In this document: positions 11,701-19,211 of the stretch, one piece after another
Layout: every line of letters starts with the position of its first letter
Position numbering within the stretch: position 1 is the stretch's first letter
DNA from: a virus
Length of the DNA: 64,000 nt
IMG/VR virus record: IMGVR_UViG_3300025849_000010
Span: 95,619-159,618 of that record
Reading direction: 5' to 3' (one strand)
Made by a program: the position numbers and the translations under genes
The notes under the pieces: generated by a model
Told to the model about the DNA's origin: nothing
The model's database searches: none
Seen by the model: only the letters and a program-made list of their open reading frames with translations

Positions 11701-14479
11701 CAATCATACACATAACTTAGACTTTGGTAGAAGTTCACAAGGTACGCAGCAAATTGGTAAGGTTGGTGTTAAAGGTCCTATTACTGGACAGTTTAACGTT
11801 AACGGTTCGGTATTAGAACTAACGCCAGGCGCCGGTACAGGTTCGGGACAAGGTGCTAAAGTTAACATTTACGGTTCAAATAGTATCGGTTCTGGTAGTG
11901 GCATACAAAGTAGTGAACTAATTGCAAGTTTCTCAGGAGACGCTATTAGACTAAACAAAGATGTTATTACACAAGCAACTAGCTTAGGCACAAATCAATC
12001 AACATTTGATCTTGTTAATGATACTGCAACAACACTTAATATTGGTGGCGCTGCAACAGCTATTGACATCGGTGCATCAAGTGGTTACTTGCACGTTAAC
12101 TCCGCTGACCAAGCAGTTAGTACTACAACAGGTGCGCTACGTGTAGACGGAGGCGGTAGTTTTGGTAAGAACTTGTATGTTGGTGGTAACTTAGTTGCTG
12201 CTGAACTTACACTAACTGGTGCTATTGATGGTAACAGTTACAATGTAGGCGGTATTGAAGTAATTGACACTAACAGACGCTTTATTTCAAGCGGTGGCAC
12301 AACTGGTGAACTTTCAAAAGTACACGGCATTAGCTTTGACTGGGACGGCAACTACGGCGCAGTCGGCGGTTATGTAAACCATGGTATTAGTTCACGTAAC
12401 GAAACTTGGGGAGCTAACGATAGTTTAAGTATTAACTCGTACAACAATGTTAACGTAAGACTTGATACTAACTCTAACAATGCTGCTGCAAGTACATTCT
12501 TCCGCATTAACAATGACGTAAGTCAAACTAATGGTAACATTGTACTAAGTGCAAGAGGCGACGGCAAGGTTGGTATTAACAAAGATCCAAGCGGTACTTA
12601 CAACTTAGATGTTGGCGGTAGCTTTAATGCTACAACTGGTTACATTAACGGTGGTGCAATTTGGACTGACGCTAATGACGGTGATGGCTCAGGCTTAAAC
12701 GCAGACTTGCTAGACGGCTTACATGCATCCAGCTTCCTACGTGTTGATACTGGTGCTGCATTTAGTGGTGGTGTATTTAAGATTAGTGCTCCTGCAACAA
12801 CAATTCAAAACACTGGCGAAGTTAACACATTACAGTTATATCAAGGCAACGGTGCTAATAGTTACGATGCATTTATGACATTCCATATTGGCGGTGACTA
12901 TGCTGTACACTTTGGTTTAGATGGAAGTACAAACGATCTAGCATACGGCGGTTGGTCAGCTGGTGCAGTTGCACATAAAGTATGGCACGCTGGTAATGAT
13001 GGTAGTGGCAGTGGACTTGATGCAGACTTGTTAGATGGACAAGATAGTGCATTCTTCCGTAACGCAAGTAATATTAATGCTGGTACTTTCCCAGATAGAT
13101 TTAGTAGTAGCGAACGTTACAACATTGGATTTATTGACGGTTACGGCGGCGATAGCTACGACAAACTGCGTGTATGGAATAGTGGTTCGTACTCAATAGG
13201 TATGCACAGTGGCCAAACAATGGGTTGGCTAAACGACTATGCTATGACATTCACAATGAATAACGATAGTGATCGTGGCTTTAAATGGCGTCATGAAAGT
13301 GATGGTGTTGCTGATGGTGCTATGGCACTTACAACAGATGGTCGTTTAACAGTTAAGCAGTTCATCTCAGTAGGTAATCAAACTACACGTTACCTAAGAG
13401 AACCAACAGGTAACTACGGTTCGATTCAGATTAGCGGTAGTGGATTTGGTAACTGGGAAGGCTTTAGCATTGACGGTCGTGCAGTATTCATGCATGACGG
13501 TGGCACTGCAACTGGTATCTTCAACGATGTAGATAACGAATGGTTGTTCTACGGTGTACACAACGCACAAACTGAAATGATGCATAATGGTAGTTGGAAA
13601 GTTCAAACACGTTCCAATGGTGCAAACATTGCAGGCGAGCTATATGTTGATAACTGGGTACGCATTGAAAGCAATTCAGGTATTTACTGGGAAGGTGGCA
13701 ACTATGCTGGATGGCACATTTATCCACAAGCAACTAACAGAATCCACATGCGTTCAGCTAACAGCGGAAGTTGTGAAGTTTCTCTTGCTAACAGTGCAAA
13801 CACTATCTATGGTAGATTATATGCAGATGATGCATCACAAGGCTTCCTAAACGAAGATGGCAACTGGGCACTACGTAGCTACAACAACGACGGTGTTTCA
13901 CCTGGTTGGAGATTCTACGAAAACGGTAACGAAAGCTGGACAGGCAACCCAGGTAATGACGTTGGTAAGATTGAATATCACGCTAACAGATTCTACATTG
14001 CATCAGGTGCTAACTCCGATCGTGTTGTACAGTTTAGACGTGATGGAACAGATGTTTCATACGTTGATAACAGTGGTGTTTACCAAGGTACTGCTGCAAG
14101 TGCTAACTGGGCTGACTTGGCAGAGAAATACTTAGCTGACGAAGTTTACGCACACGGTACTGTACTTGCTATTGGTGGCGATGCTGAAGTTACATTGTTC
14201 AAACCAGGCATGAAACTAGCAGGCGTTGTTTCAACACAGCCGGGCTTGATGATGAACCAAACAGACGATAACAGAGATGATCCGATGTGGCCGTTCGTTG
14301 CACTTAAAGGTCGTGTACCAGTTATGATTAATGGTTCAGCTAAGAAAGGCCAGTATATCATTGCAGATCAAGACGGTAAAGGTCGTGCTGTAGACGAACT
14401 AAGTACTATAGCAGAATACACTTTATTAATTGGTACTGCATTAGAAGATGGTACAGATGTAGTTGAAGTGAAGGTATAA
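2717..14479 (+). CDS. Giant tail fibre / receptor-binding virion protein (3920 aa)
   Basis: N-terminal fibre-anchor motif ILHKRN...LDLGEIAINTADGKMF; beta-helix-type motifs (YVSAEYGDDTNDG..KTIKRA; TIMVSTGEY..VSIVGDNLR); GSGL(N/D)ADLLDG motifs; C-terminal ADLAEKY...GVVST.PG...VALKGRVPV resembling an intramolecular chaperone/autocleavage domain. Confidence 0.8.
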   Translation: MANKILHKRNNVSGQEPLAEQLDLGEIAINTADGKMFIKQSDGSIKDVTQQIEKGDTRVVVNDQGNGVVTMEVDGIEKLRVDGTKVYVSDDLEIDDQGSIKLKELGQFGSSSVNIKAPPELEESYDIILPDTDARKGQILQNLGFGQTKWSDPGSLGGNRVYVSAEYGDDTNDGRTGAVKTIKRAAQIASDGIFTPVVDPGESAYAAKDLLEVNRTFLQTEVLNFSTKAFNITYDQAKCERDVGLIIDAIENDLRFGGDAATSHAGAAYSLESSALVKQAQDVATSYGLQRARDLAKSVVTNTPIIDTTQVAVAQQFDGTKTATASEAATVESLGQKVVDFYDNGVGEAPNETQTQDVGLLNAETLIDNNKTFIQNEVIAFLNNKYSGFSFDAAKCSRDTGYIVDAANFDLLYSGNAESHYAGITYLNATASLVRSDQKQETLAGIDYARSLAEKVVLGQQVDYLYQTTVAQNTELTPGTQTEATTVFNNISKVYSILNNGIGTANGVVTTDAGKLNSETLIDQNQDFIKEEVIGYLTTTYPGFSYDQNKCRRDVGYILDAISYDLTHGGNNESIQAALAYYQWTAKDAVNLQLAETRAGITYAIDLAKLVIVNQDPATSYQGIFAQFKDAGNPGDATSQTILTGLGSLIDDIITDGDSTTIGLDIDPNNSVPSAVQDTVNANAILAANKEFIQAEVVAFIEENFGNFNYDPVACERDVGLIVDAVKFDIEHGGDAESIFAGISYYNNVTTGTGEITGDAIEVLRKQLQPTLDAVEYARDLLANVVLQNAVSNLYQSGTTQTFDGTNPSTTSVAQTVFNRANTILTILKNGLGTTNSFTKTTGIGALNTEALLQANTAFLQEEVLGYINNQYPGLTYDQASCRRDVELIVDAIAYDLTHGGNTNSIAAGTAYYRQAAALVVTGQSTETLAGLVHLKELAQKVVRNVTVDVTYSATPQVFDGANPGDVTSANTVGTLADIVIDIVDDGLSPYINITANGALTTDQDILDAGALIASNKLFIQKEVVAYVDGSWINFSSNYNQTTCSRDVGLILDAINFDLTWGGTSNAVAAGIAYFKQSSQLTLQRQLVQTIDGIMHAIRLAQQVVENYPVVSFQNTAAQVTDNLNPGSAEAITKIAELGALIEDIVIDGASATAGVTIFGNGIVPNSNIAVQNAADLIALNRSFIQAEVVSYINTYFTNFTYDTDFCYRDVGLFIDAIQYDLIFGGNERAIEAGKSYYIGNTIVIPGQEFQTVLANRYFQSLVDNILQNIVNKKLYQNVTGQITDPTKIVDGTTLGIVEAEFNTIVDIIENGPTSPNIPTEVEGAFNISYTTIMVSTGEYKEDNPVIIPDYVSIVGDNLRTTIIRPLNANQDIFRIRNGAYLLGVTFKDGLDAFNVPSFTGRYCTAFDDPFDTGVDRTGYIGLRDRPLITQSPYIQNVSIISFLGLSGCLVDGSKVITPNVPRFAIEAENPVFGETPEQGKSMVANAYTMLSFGGIGWRLTNDAYAQIVSCFQIFLGNGCWCQSGAYLSVTNSATNFGLYALRSSGYSANSFVFDRGVIAEVGAQASQQKLITVGTKRTPVNQFVIRLYDDDEYNNLANDITNSFKTIPNIVYFNAGELGELYGDAANYEVVAVGSTTFTVQIGSGKNLGSWVEGGTVDINGAFNPAAVLSASYNNTNGALEIEVTTLPNIGDIVTLTTLTFDGTNYPVNEEGSLSLEDNTITIPGHGLVTGDALTYRRNGNIEINGFADQGLYYVEVLTDDIIRLYQDDSRGFVADIIDVSTGQHYFETQTEEFFIDDIILDADSNKLTHNKYQVLTLAPGTYNFEPGDTIEATTGVYRNKAFVYTYEAATRQLTVSVEKADNSGSLTRIFFDATSIIDRDSSAIPQSNIPVTGFTSRTDLFTAEFTIDPTIVGGVLTNTGALKGTFIRLHRPSIVNSSSHTWEYAGSGTDYNALPQNGGITREEFEQFSDLPGRVYSSGTNELGDFKVGDFIVAENRTGNITFKNTVTVGELSALKLAVSDVVIEAISTDPGLGDNEPGGATDTRLITQNAARSFLANRLGDFIDKNVSTNSVSGAVPQMNAQGLLNSDIIPATRNFSLFTTDKKFGRFNLTDDIPAQEPLQGDIAQERYSRTFFTLSAPIALNEDDVIIELNTGATAIVDEDNGGAATVYLANIEGTFSNNISGNVLNVRGSNTTTYITNTGSSEVRDIQYTMVQDSSSQFLRYLPSGAAFVNGQTITAANSKTQGVITGQVEGVALALDLGNISTGNGYVPSTGSQTYKGVVLSNVSGTGTGAIADISVTNGKVTNVDLTRGGSGYAVGNALTATVDQLGGQNTQDFQVSILGVDNRVFVELLAGKFVATTSSNDYTEDGNAVVTTVPLGNTTLTAFNADTIGNGGNVDYPTSRITINSHIFDNGDVVNYASSPNPAIGGFIQGESYFVKVVDANTIELYNRYDLNAANKVIFTSSSTGTHAFIINYVDTRKDRIYAQDHGFTNGQAFRFVGANPPTGMASGGYYYAGTVSQNTFSVHEFQQDAENSVNGVTQGAINFIQTGSGSADFIHQNITIYGEVNTSGNVETNWALTGSANVDASNIVSGVISTSRLAAVGTANSDTYLKGDSSWDYATRTVRTALNSPLNITGNFYTSGGQNFYFKNTQFDIDRTDGTLGNQSFTNLGVAAFSKAQFNVNSGEVELKAGVLDAGTLDGLDSQYFLDPGNLLNPVPVSRGGTQIDQYIAGDMIYATSPTTLNRLPIGSQGAVMVVDELGNPAWSNDVAPFVEDTNNFGVSRPLEIRHDVTNTPAVGIGVGMQFQVETANNNREVGGTIDAVASDVTFGSEDFSFKFNLMAAGFLAERMVLDSLGNLAIDGDLNVDGGDIKTTKTSATVYDTTVTSLSIGRAATSVTIGADKTGELRVRNATLVVGGDSIETQPVDAKIKAPNSLGTNKQGPDLTIQGGASTGSGVAGSVFIDTGASGSSGSTSNTQVNRVEISGSDNHTHNLDFGRSSQGTQQIGKVGVKGPITGQFNVNGSVLELTPGAGTGSGQGAKVNIYGSNSIGSGSGIQSSELIASFSGDAIRLNKDVITQATSLGTNQSTFDLVNDTATTLNIGGAATAIDIGASSGYLHVNSADQAVSTTTGALRVDGGGSFGKNLYVGGNLVAAELTLTGAIDGNSYNVGGIEVIDTNRRFISSGGTTGELSKVHGISFDWDGNYGAVGGYVNHGISSRNETWGANDSLSINSYNNVNVRLDTNSNNAAASTFFRINNDVSQTNGNIVLSARGDGKVGINKDPSGTYNLDVGGSFNATTGYINGGAIWTDANDGDGSGLNADLLDGLHASSFLRVDTGAAFSGGVFKISAPATTIQNTGEVNTLQLYQGNGANSYDAFMTFHIGGDYAVHFGLDGSTNDLAYGGWSAGAVAHKVWHAGNDGSGSGLDADLLDGQDSAFFRNASNINAGTFPDRFSSSERYNIGFIDGYGGDSYDKLRVWNSGSYSIGMHSGQTMGWLNDYAMTFTMNNDSDRGFKWRHESDGVADGAMALTTDGRLTVKQFISVGNQTTRYLREPTGNYGSIQISGSGFGNWEGFSIDGRAVFMHDGGTATGIFNDVDNEWLFYGVHNAQTEMMHNGSWKVQTRSNGANIAGELYVDNWVRIESNSGIYWEGGNYAGWHIYPQATNRIHMRSANSGSCEVSLANSANTIYGRLYADDASQGFLNEDGNWALRSYNNDGVSPGWRFYENGNESWTGNPGNDVGKIEYHANRFYIASGANSDRVVQFRRDGTDVSYVDNSGVYQGTAASANWADLAEKYLADEVYAHGTVLAIGGDAEVTLFKPGMKLAGVVSTQPGLMMNQTDDNRDDPMWPFVALKGRVPVMINGSAKKGQYIIADQDGKGRAVDELSTIAEYTLLIGTALEDGTDVVEVKV
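3411..6440 (+). repeat. Seven ~160-aa protein repeats with a conserved (Y/F)(D/N)xxxCxRD(V/T)xxx(I/V/L)DAxxxD(L/I)xx(G/S)G core
   Basis: Cys codons at 3431, 3902, 4367, 4859, 5360, 5846 and 6335, spaced 155-167 codons apart. Confidence 0.9.
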
Positions 14480-14482
14480 TTT

Positions 14483-14857
14483 ATGGGAAACATGACAAGA
14501 GCCTCGGCAAGAGATTACTTTACCGGAAATGCCGGGGCTCAGTTACGAGGATTTGACAAAACTATTAACTTTGCTGCTACAGTGTATGTTACAGGAAACG
14601 TGGACGGTGGCCGTGCTGGAACTGCATATGGTAATAGACGTTATGAATACGTAAATGCACCTAACAGTGATTACAACGGAAATGTTTATCCAAATACTAC
14701 ACAAGTAGATGCAACCCAATTAATTGATCAAGCACTTGATGCAATACAACGAACTTGCGATTTAATTGAAGGTCGTATTAGCAATAGTTACTTTGATTGG
14801 AGAATATGTCACGCAAGTTGTCATTATAGCTGCCACGGATCAAGAGGGAGAAGATAA
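14483..14857 (+). CDS. Putative radical-SAM substrate/precursor protein A with C-terminal (CHxS)3-RGRR
   Basis: Ends WRICHASCHYSCHGSRGRR; starts 3 nt after the fibre stop; lies upstream of nine rSAM genes. Confidence 0.75.
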   Translation: MGNMTRASARDYFTGNAGAQLRGFDKTINFAATVYVTGNVDGGRAGTAYGNRRYEYVNAPNSDYNGNVYPNTTQVDATQLIDQALDAIQRTCDLIEGRISNSYFDWRICHASCHYSCHGSRGRR

Positions 14858-15029
14858 TGGCAGGATTAAGTCATGCACAATTAGAAGCTCGGTACTATGG
14901 TAATGCATATACAAGAATACGCACATTTGATAAAACTATTAACGTAGCAGCTACAGTATATTATGCGCGATATAATGGTAGTGGCCAAGGAACTGCATAT
15001 GGTAATAGACGTTATGAATACGTAAATGC
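14618..15029 (+). repeat. Exact 41-nt direct repeat between the two precursor genes (14618-14658 and 14989-15029)
   Basis: ggaactgcatatggtaatagacgttatgaatacgtaaatgc is identical in both copies. Confidence 0.9.
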
Positions 15030-15240
15030 CGGGCAAGGTGCCTTTGCTAATACAGATATTCCAAATGGTGTAGGTGACAATTTATTAATAAGAGCAGGTG
15101 ATATACAAACATTTGCTTCAAATGCAATCAGCAGAACAGTAAATGGCATAGAAGGAAGAATTACAAATTCGTATTTCGACTTTAGAATATGCCATTCAAG
15201 TTGCCATTATAGCTGCCACGGCAGCAGAGGGAGAAGATAA
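14857..15240 (+). CDS. Putative radical-SAM substrate/precursor protein B, paralog of A
   Basis: Ends FRICHSSCHYSCHGSRGRR; shares FDKTIN.AATVY, GTAYGNRRYEYVNA and IEGRI.NSYFD with A; TAATG stop/start overlap. Confidence 0.75.
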   Translation: MAGLSHAQLEARYYGNAYTRIRTFDKTINVAATVYYARYNGSGQGTAYGNRRYEYVNAGQGAFANTDIPNGVGDNLLIRAGDIQTFASNAISRTVNGIEGRITNSYFDFRICHSSCHYSCHGSRGRR

Positions 15241-16302
15241 ATGATAGGCGAAAGTTTTTACTATATCAGTAATAAAAAATACTTAGGACGATCTACTGCA
15301 ATGCTTTCGGCATTATCAGAAAGTCCGTGGAGCGGAGTTCAATCAAGACGTATTAGCATAATAATGCCAGATGGACATAGTGCAGTGCAAGAAAGTTATG
15401 CATCGTCGTTAAGTAATGATTATCCATTAGCAAACGCTGAAGATATGATAACATTTGCTAATTATAGCGATATTGATTCTTGGGAATATCTCAATAACAA
15501 TACTAAGGAATTTTTATTATTTGAATCAGCGCATGAGTTTTTGAAGATGTATGCAAAGTATACAGCTTCGCTATTAAAAACAACAACTAACAAAGATGTT
15601 AAACAAGTTGTTAAGGAATTTATTGTATTAGCAACTACTAGAGATGTAACATACTCGACAATGGGCGATTACAATGAAGGCGATATCAATGCAGCAGTAG
15701 AGGAAGTATTTGCAGAAAACGTATTCTATGATATTCCTAATGCAACCAGTAAGCACTGGGGTTACGATATTCTTTTCTTTATTAATGACAAGTACAATGA
15801 AAATGAAACCTATGCAGAAATTAATGTAACAACAACTGCATTTTTAAGAGAAAAGTTTACAGTACATAGTGATAAAATGATTCATGAAGTTATTAGTATG
15901 TTACAATCTAAAATTGGTTATGTAAGTGTTATTAACAATATTATTGATTGGTTTAATAATAACGGAAATACAGAATGGAATAGAGCTGAGTTTGTGAAAG
16001 ATGTATTTCAAAATACGAATCGCATGCAAGCACTATACAGATTACGTGACTTTTGGAACGATGTAGGTTCTAATAAAGAATTAATGACATTAATTGACGG
16101 GCATGACGAATGGGAATACGAAGAAGTATATAAAGAGTTTGCTAGAACTATTCCAATTGTCATACAAATTGCAGAGGGCGGATTTAATTTTGCAAATAAC
16201 GAAGCACTAAGAAGTGCATGGAGCGAGGTAGAGTTTTTCTATAAACGTAAAAGTCGTATTCCTTATTTGCTGTTTAAAATATTACCACTTGTACCGGAGT
16301 AA
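15241..16302 (+). CDS. Hypothetical protein in the rSAM cluster (353 aa)
   Basis: Long ORF abutting precursor B; no recognisable motif and no Cys. Confidence 0.7.
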   Translation: MIGESFYYISNKKYLGRSTAMLSALSESPWSGVQSRRISIIMPDGHSAVQESYASSLSNDYPLANAEDMITFANYSDIDSWEYLNNNTKEFLLFESAHEFLKMYAKYTASLLKTTTNKDVKQVVKEFIVLATTRDVTYSTMGDYNEGDINAAVEEVFAENVFYDIPNATSKHWGYDILFFINDKYNENETYAEINVTTTAFLREKFTVHSDKMIHEVISMLQSKIGYVSVINNIIDWFNNNGNTEWNRAEFVKDVFQNTNRMQALYRLRDFWNDVGSNKELMTLIDGHDEWEYEEVYKEFARTIPIVIQIAEGGFNFANNEALRSAWSEVEFFYKRKSRIPYLLFKILPLVPE

Positions 16303-16304
16303 AA

Positions 16305-17012
16305 ATGACACAAGAAAATTACACACTGCCACTAAGTCCAACAGATTTAGCAGAAATATATAAAATAAAAACAAGCTCGGAAGATTACGTTCTCAAGGTT
16401 GATTATTTTAAAAGTAAGGAAGTACTGTCAGTAAAACATATACTCGTATATATTGCTAACACTAACTTTAAAGTACAGTTTGAAGGCATTGACGATGAAT
16501 TAATAAATGAATATATAATTTCTAATTTTATGGTTGATTGTCCGTTACTTTCTAGATACATTACGTTAATTGCTAAACGTAAACTAGGACAGGAATATAA
16601 TCAAGTTGACCAAGCATTAAATACTATAATGTCTGATGCTGACATTGATTCATATTTAGAAAAGAATGGCGAATTATTTGACGACTTGTTAGATAAACTA
16701 AAACATGTTACACTGTTTTGTTTAGATCAAGCTGGCAAATATGCCGACAAGTACAAAGAATTTATACCAGAAGAGATTGAACGTGCAGATGAAGAAACTC
16801 AAATTGGACTAAATATTGTATATATTGCAACATACTCGTTGGACTTGTTGTATTTGTTAGGTAATAAATTTGGTCCGTGGCCTACTAATAAATTAAATGT
16901 TAGAGTGTTTAATGATGTTAGTAAGTATCAAGGAGCAGACCTATATAATACATTACTAAAATATGGTGTTGCAACTAGTATGTTAGAATTATTTGACGAG
17001 GAATCAGCATAA
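16305..17012 (+). CDS. Hypothetical protein in the rSAM cluster (235 aa)
   Basis: SD-like GGAG upstream; TAATG overlap with the next gene. Confidence 0.7.
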   Translation: MTQENYTLPLSPTDLAEIYKIKTSSEDYVLKVDYFKSKEVLSVKHILVYIANTNFKVQFEGIDDELINEYIISNFMVDCPLLSRYITLIAKRKLGQEYNQVDQALNTIMSDADIDSYLEKNGELFDDLLDKLKHVTLFCLDQAGKYADKYKEFIPEEIERADEETQIGLNIVYIATYSLDLLYLLGNKFGPWPTNKLNVRVFNDVSKYQGADLYNTLLKYGVATSMLELFDEESA

Positions 17013-18193
17013 TGACAATGCAACAATCATATTGTAAACAGATGAAGTATAGTGGGCCAGAAAGTCTACCTCCTTCACACGCCCAGAAGTTTGACGTATT
17101 AATTAACTTTGAAGGCCTTACTGGCTGCGAATATGGTTGTTTAGGATGTTTTGTTAACAAGAATCAAGACGTTACTACAATGAATCAAATGCTAACAACT
17201 GCAAAAGAACTTGCAGATGGTGTAAAGCGTACAGGTTTAAACTTACGTGAGTTTGTTGTAGGTCCGACAGATTTATTCTCTGCGTCAAATACTGATAGCA
17301 TTCTTAATAATACTATTATACAAGATATAATGCGCGAACACACTAATGCACGTATTGCTACACCTAGTAAGATAGACGGCGTGAGCATGGAAAGGTTGCG
17401 AGAAGTATTTGCAATACTTGATGATCCTTCTAAGTATAGAGACGAAATGATCATTGAGTTTATTATGCCAGTTGGCGATGTTGATCGTATACTAAATGAC
17501 GAAGAATACTTTAAAGATATTAAATCAAAATTAGAATTCTTTAAATCCGAAACTCCCAAGAAAATTGACTGGAGTTGGACATTACAAGCAAGTAATGTTA
17601 TGCAAAAACATCTAACTAAAGAAAACTATAATAAACTGCTATATAAGATTCTTGATGAATATGAAACTATTCTAGAAATGAACCCAGCGTTCTCTAGAGC
17701 ACCGAGTGTATTGCACCAGCGTAAGAACTTAGTAGCATGGAATAACTTCCTAAAAGAAGTAGTAGATCAAGACAATTTTAAAGACGTTACAATGAGTATG
17801 GCTAACTTATATTGTAACTCCATGAACTTCATAGGGTTAACTGTTGTTCCTGGATTAGAGACGCCACGTGTATTTTTAAATGTAATGTTACACGAACAAG
17901 CATTCTTTACACAGCATAGGGATTTAGAAGTAACAGGACTAAGTTTTGAAGAAATTCTAGTCAAGAGGGATCACTTAATAGCACAAGGGTTAGCTAAGTC
18001 GTCTAAAGTTAAGGATTGTGCAGATTGCAAATATGCAGTAGCATGTGCAAACAGACTAATATTCCAAGCACAAGATGCAATGAACATGCACGAATGTTTA
18101 ATGCCGCTAGAAGTATTAGAACTGTATAATCCGTTTGTTACTAGTAACGAACAGTGGAACGACGATGCTTTAAAAATCGTCAATGCTCGTTAA
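17012..18193 (+). CDS. Atypical radical SAM protein 1 (GPTD type)
   Basis: GCEYGCLGCFV (CxxxCxxC), VVGPTD, C-terminal CADC-x5-C-x16-C. Confidence 0.8.
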   Translation: MTMQQSYCKQMKYSGPESLPPSHAQKFDVLINFEGLTGCEYGCLGCFVNKNQDVTTMNQMLTTAKELADGVKRTGLNLREFVVGPTDLFSASNTDSILNNTIIQDIMREHTNARIATPSKIDGVSMERLREVFAILDDPSKYRDEMIIEFIMPVGDVDRILNDEEYFKDIKSKLEFFKSETPKKIDWSWTLQASNVMQKHLTKENYNKLLYKILDEYETILEMNPAFSRAPSVLHQRKNLVAWNNFLKEVVDQDNFKDVTMSMANLYCNSMNFIGLTVVPGLETPRVFLNVMLHEQAFFTQHRDLEVTGLSFEEILVKRDHLIAQGLAKSSKVKDCADCKYAVACANRLIFQAQDAMNMHECLMPLEVLELYNPFVTSNEQWNDDALKIVNAR

Positions 18194-19211
18194 CCTAAAC
18201 TCAACTCCTACAGGATTTAACAATTATATAGAAGGCATAAGCCCTAAGGATAATAACTTTCTTAGGACAGAAGTTCATGCTGATATATTACATGGATGCA
18301 GTCAAAAGTGTCCAGGGTGTTTCATTCCTAGAAAAAATCTTACTAATGCTGATCATCTTACAACACTATGCGATATATTGGAATCTAGTGCATATACACC
18401 TGATGATGTTGTAATAGGTCCTACTGATATATTTGATGCTGAAAACTTTTGGGACTTAATGGACCATCCTAGTATGAAACGTTTATACAGTATTGCAGCA
18501 CTAAGTTTTAACTCAACACTACTACAGGACTACGACACTGTACTTGCCAAACACACTAAGATTTGGAGTCTTTACGAAGGATTGGATCGTACGCCTGATA
18601 TAGATTTTAAAATAGTACTTGATATTACTAGATATTTACAAGGCGATATTGAAGACATGTGTCGCAAACTAGAACTTTTTAAACAAGGTAGTGTACAGTT
18701 TAGAGTAAACTATTACCCGGGTATATTTGATCGTGTGAGCTATAATGATTTATGTGATATGATTAAAGAAGACTTCAATGCTCCAGTAGTTATATTGCCA
18801 GGTTTCTTAACAGACAGAAATAGTCGAGGTAAAGTTAGTAAATTACTTCCGATGTTTTTAGACGAGCTACGTAAACAAGATATAAGACCCGAATACAAAC
18901 AGTTATACACGATGTTTGATGCAAACTTTAATAGTCACGGATGTACCAATTATAGTTTTTACAACGGCAGCTTGTATATGAATCCATTTGTGTTTGACGG
19001 AATATTGCAGCGTACACAAGAATTTAAAGTAGACAATCTTAATACTAAAAACTTTTTAGCTGAAAATTTATCATATGCAGCATCTACTAAAGAATGTGAA
19101 AGTTGCGAATACTTAATGAGCTGTGCAGAGCGCAATGTATTGTTCTATATGAAGTCGAGAAATTTAACAGAGTGTGTTACAGTAAAGGAGTATACAAATG
19201 CCGGTCATTAA
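18183..19211 (+). CDS. Atypical radical SAM protein 2 (GPTD type)
   Basis: GCSQKCPGCFI, VIGPTD, CESC-x5-C-x16-C. Confidence 0.8.
   Translation: MLVNLNSTPTGFNNYIEGISPKDNNFLRTEVHADILHGCSQKCPGCFIPRKNLTNADHLTTLCDILESSAYTPDDVVIGPTDIFDAENFWDLMDHPSMKRLYSIAALSFNSTLLQDYDTVLAKHTKIWSLYEGLDRTPDIDFKIVLDITRYLQGDIEDMCRKLELFKQGSVQFRVNYYPGIFDRVSYNDLCDMIKEDFNAPVVILPGFLTDRNSRGKVSKLLPMFLDELRKQDIRPEYKQLYTMFDANFNSHGCTNYSFYNGSLYMNPFVFDGILQRTQEFKVDNLNTKNFLAENLSYAASTKECESCEYLMSCAERNVLFYMKSRNLTECVTVKEYTNAGH

Noticed and set aside
134-14361. Many 60-190 aa antisense and alternate-frame ORFs inside the fibre genes (similar ones lie in 31602-35660 and 39495-42181)
   Set aside because: They lie wholly within long, motif-supported genes and are expected shadows of biased codon usage; none has a recognisable motif
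14618-15240. Precursor repeats as a diversity-generating retroelement template/variable pair
   Set aside because: No reverse transcriptase in the window, both copies are coding, and the differences are not adenine-specific
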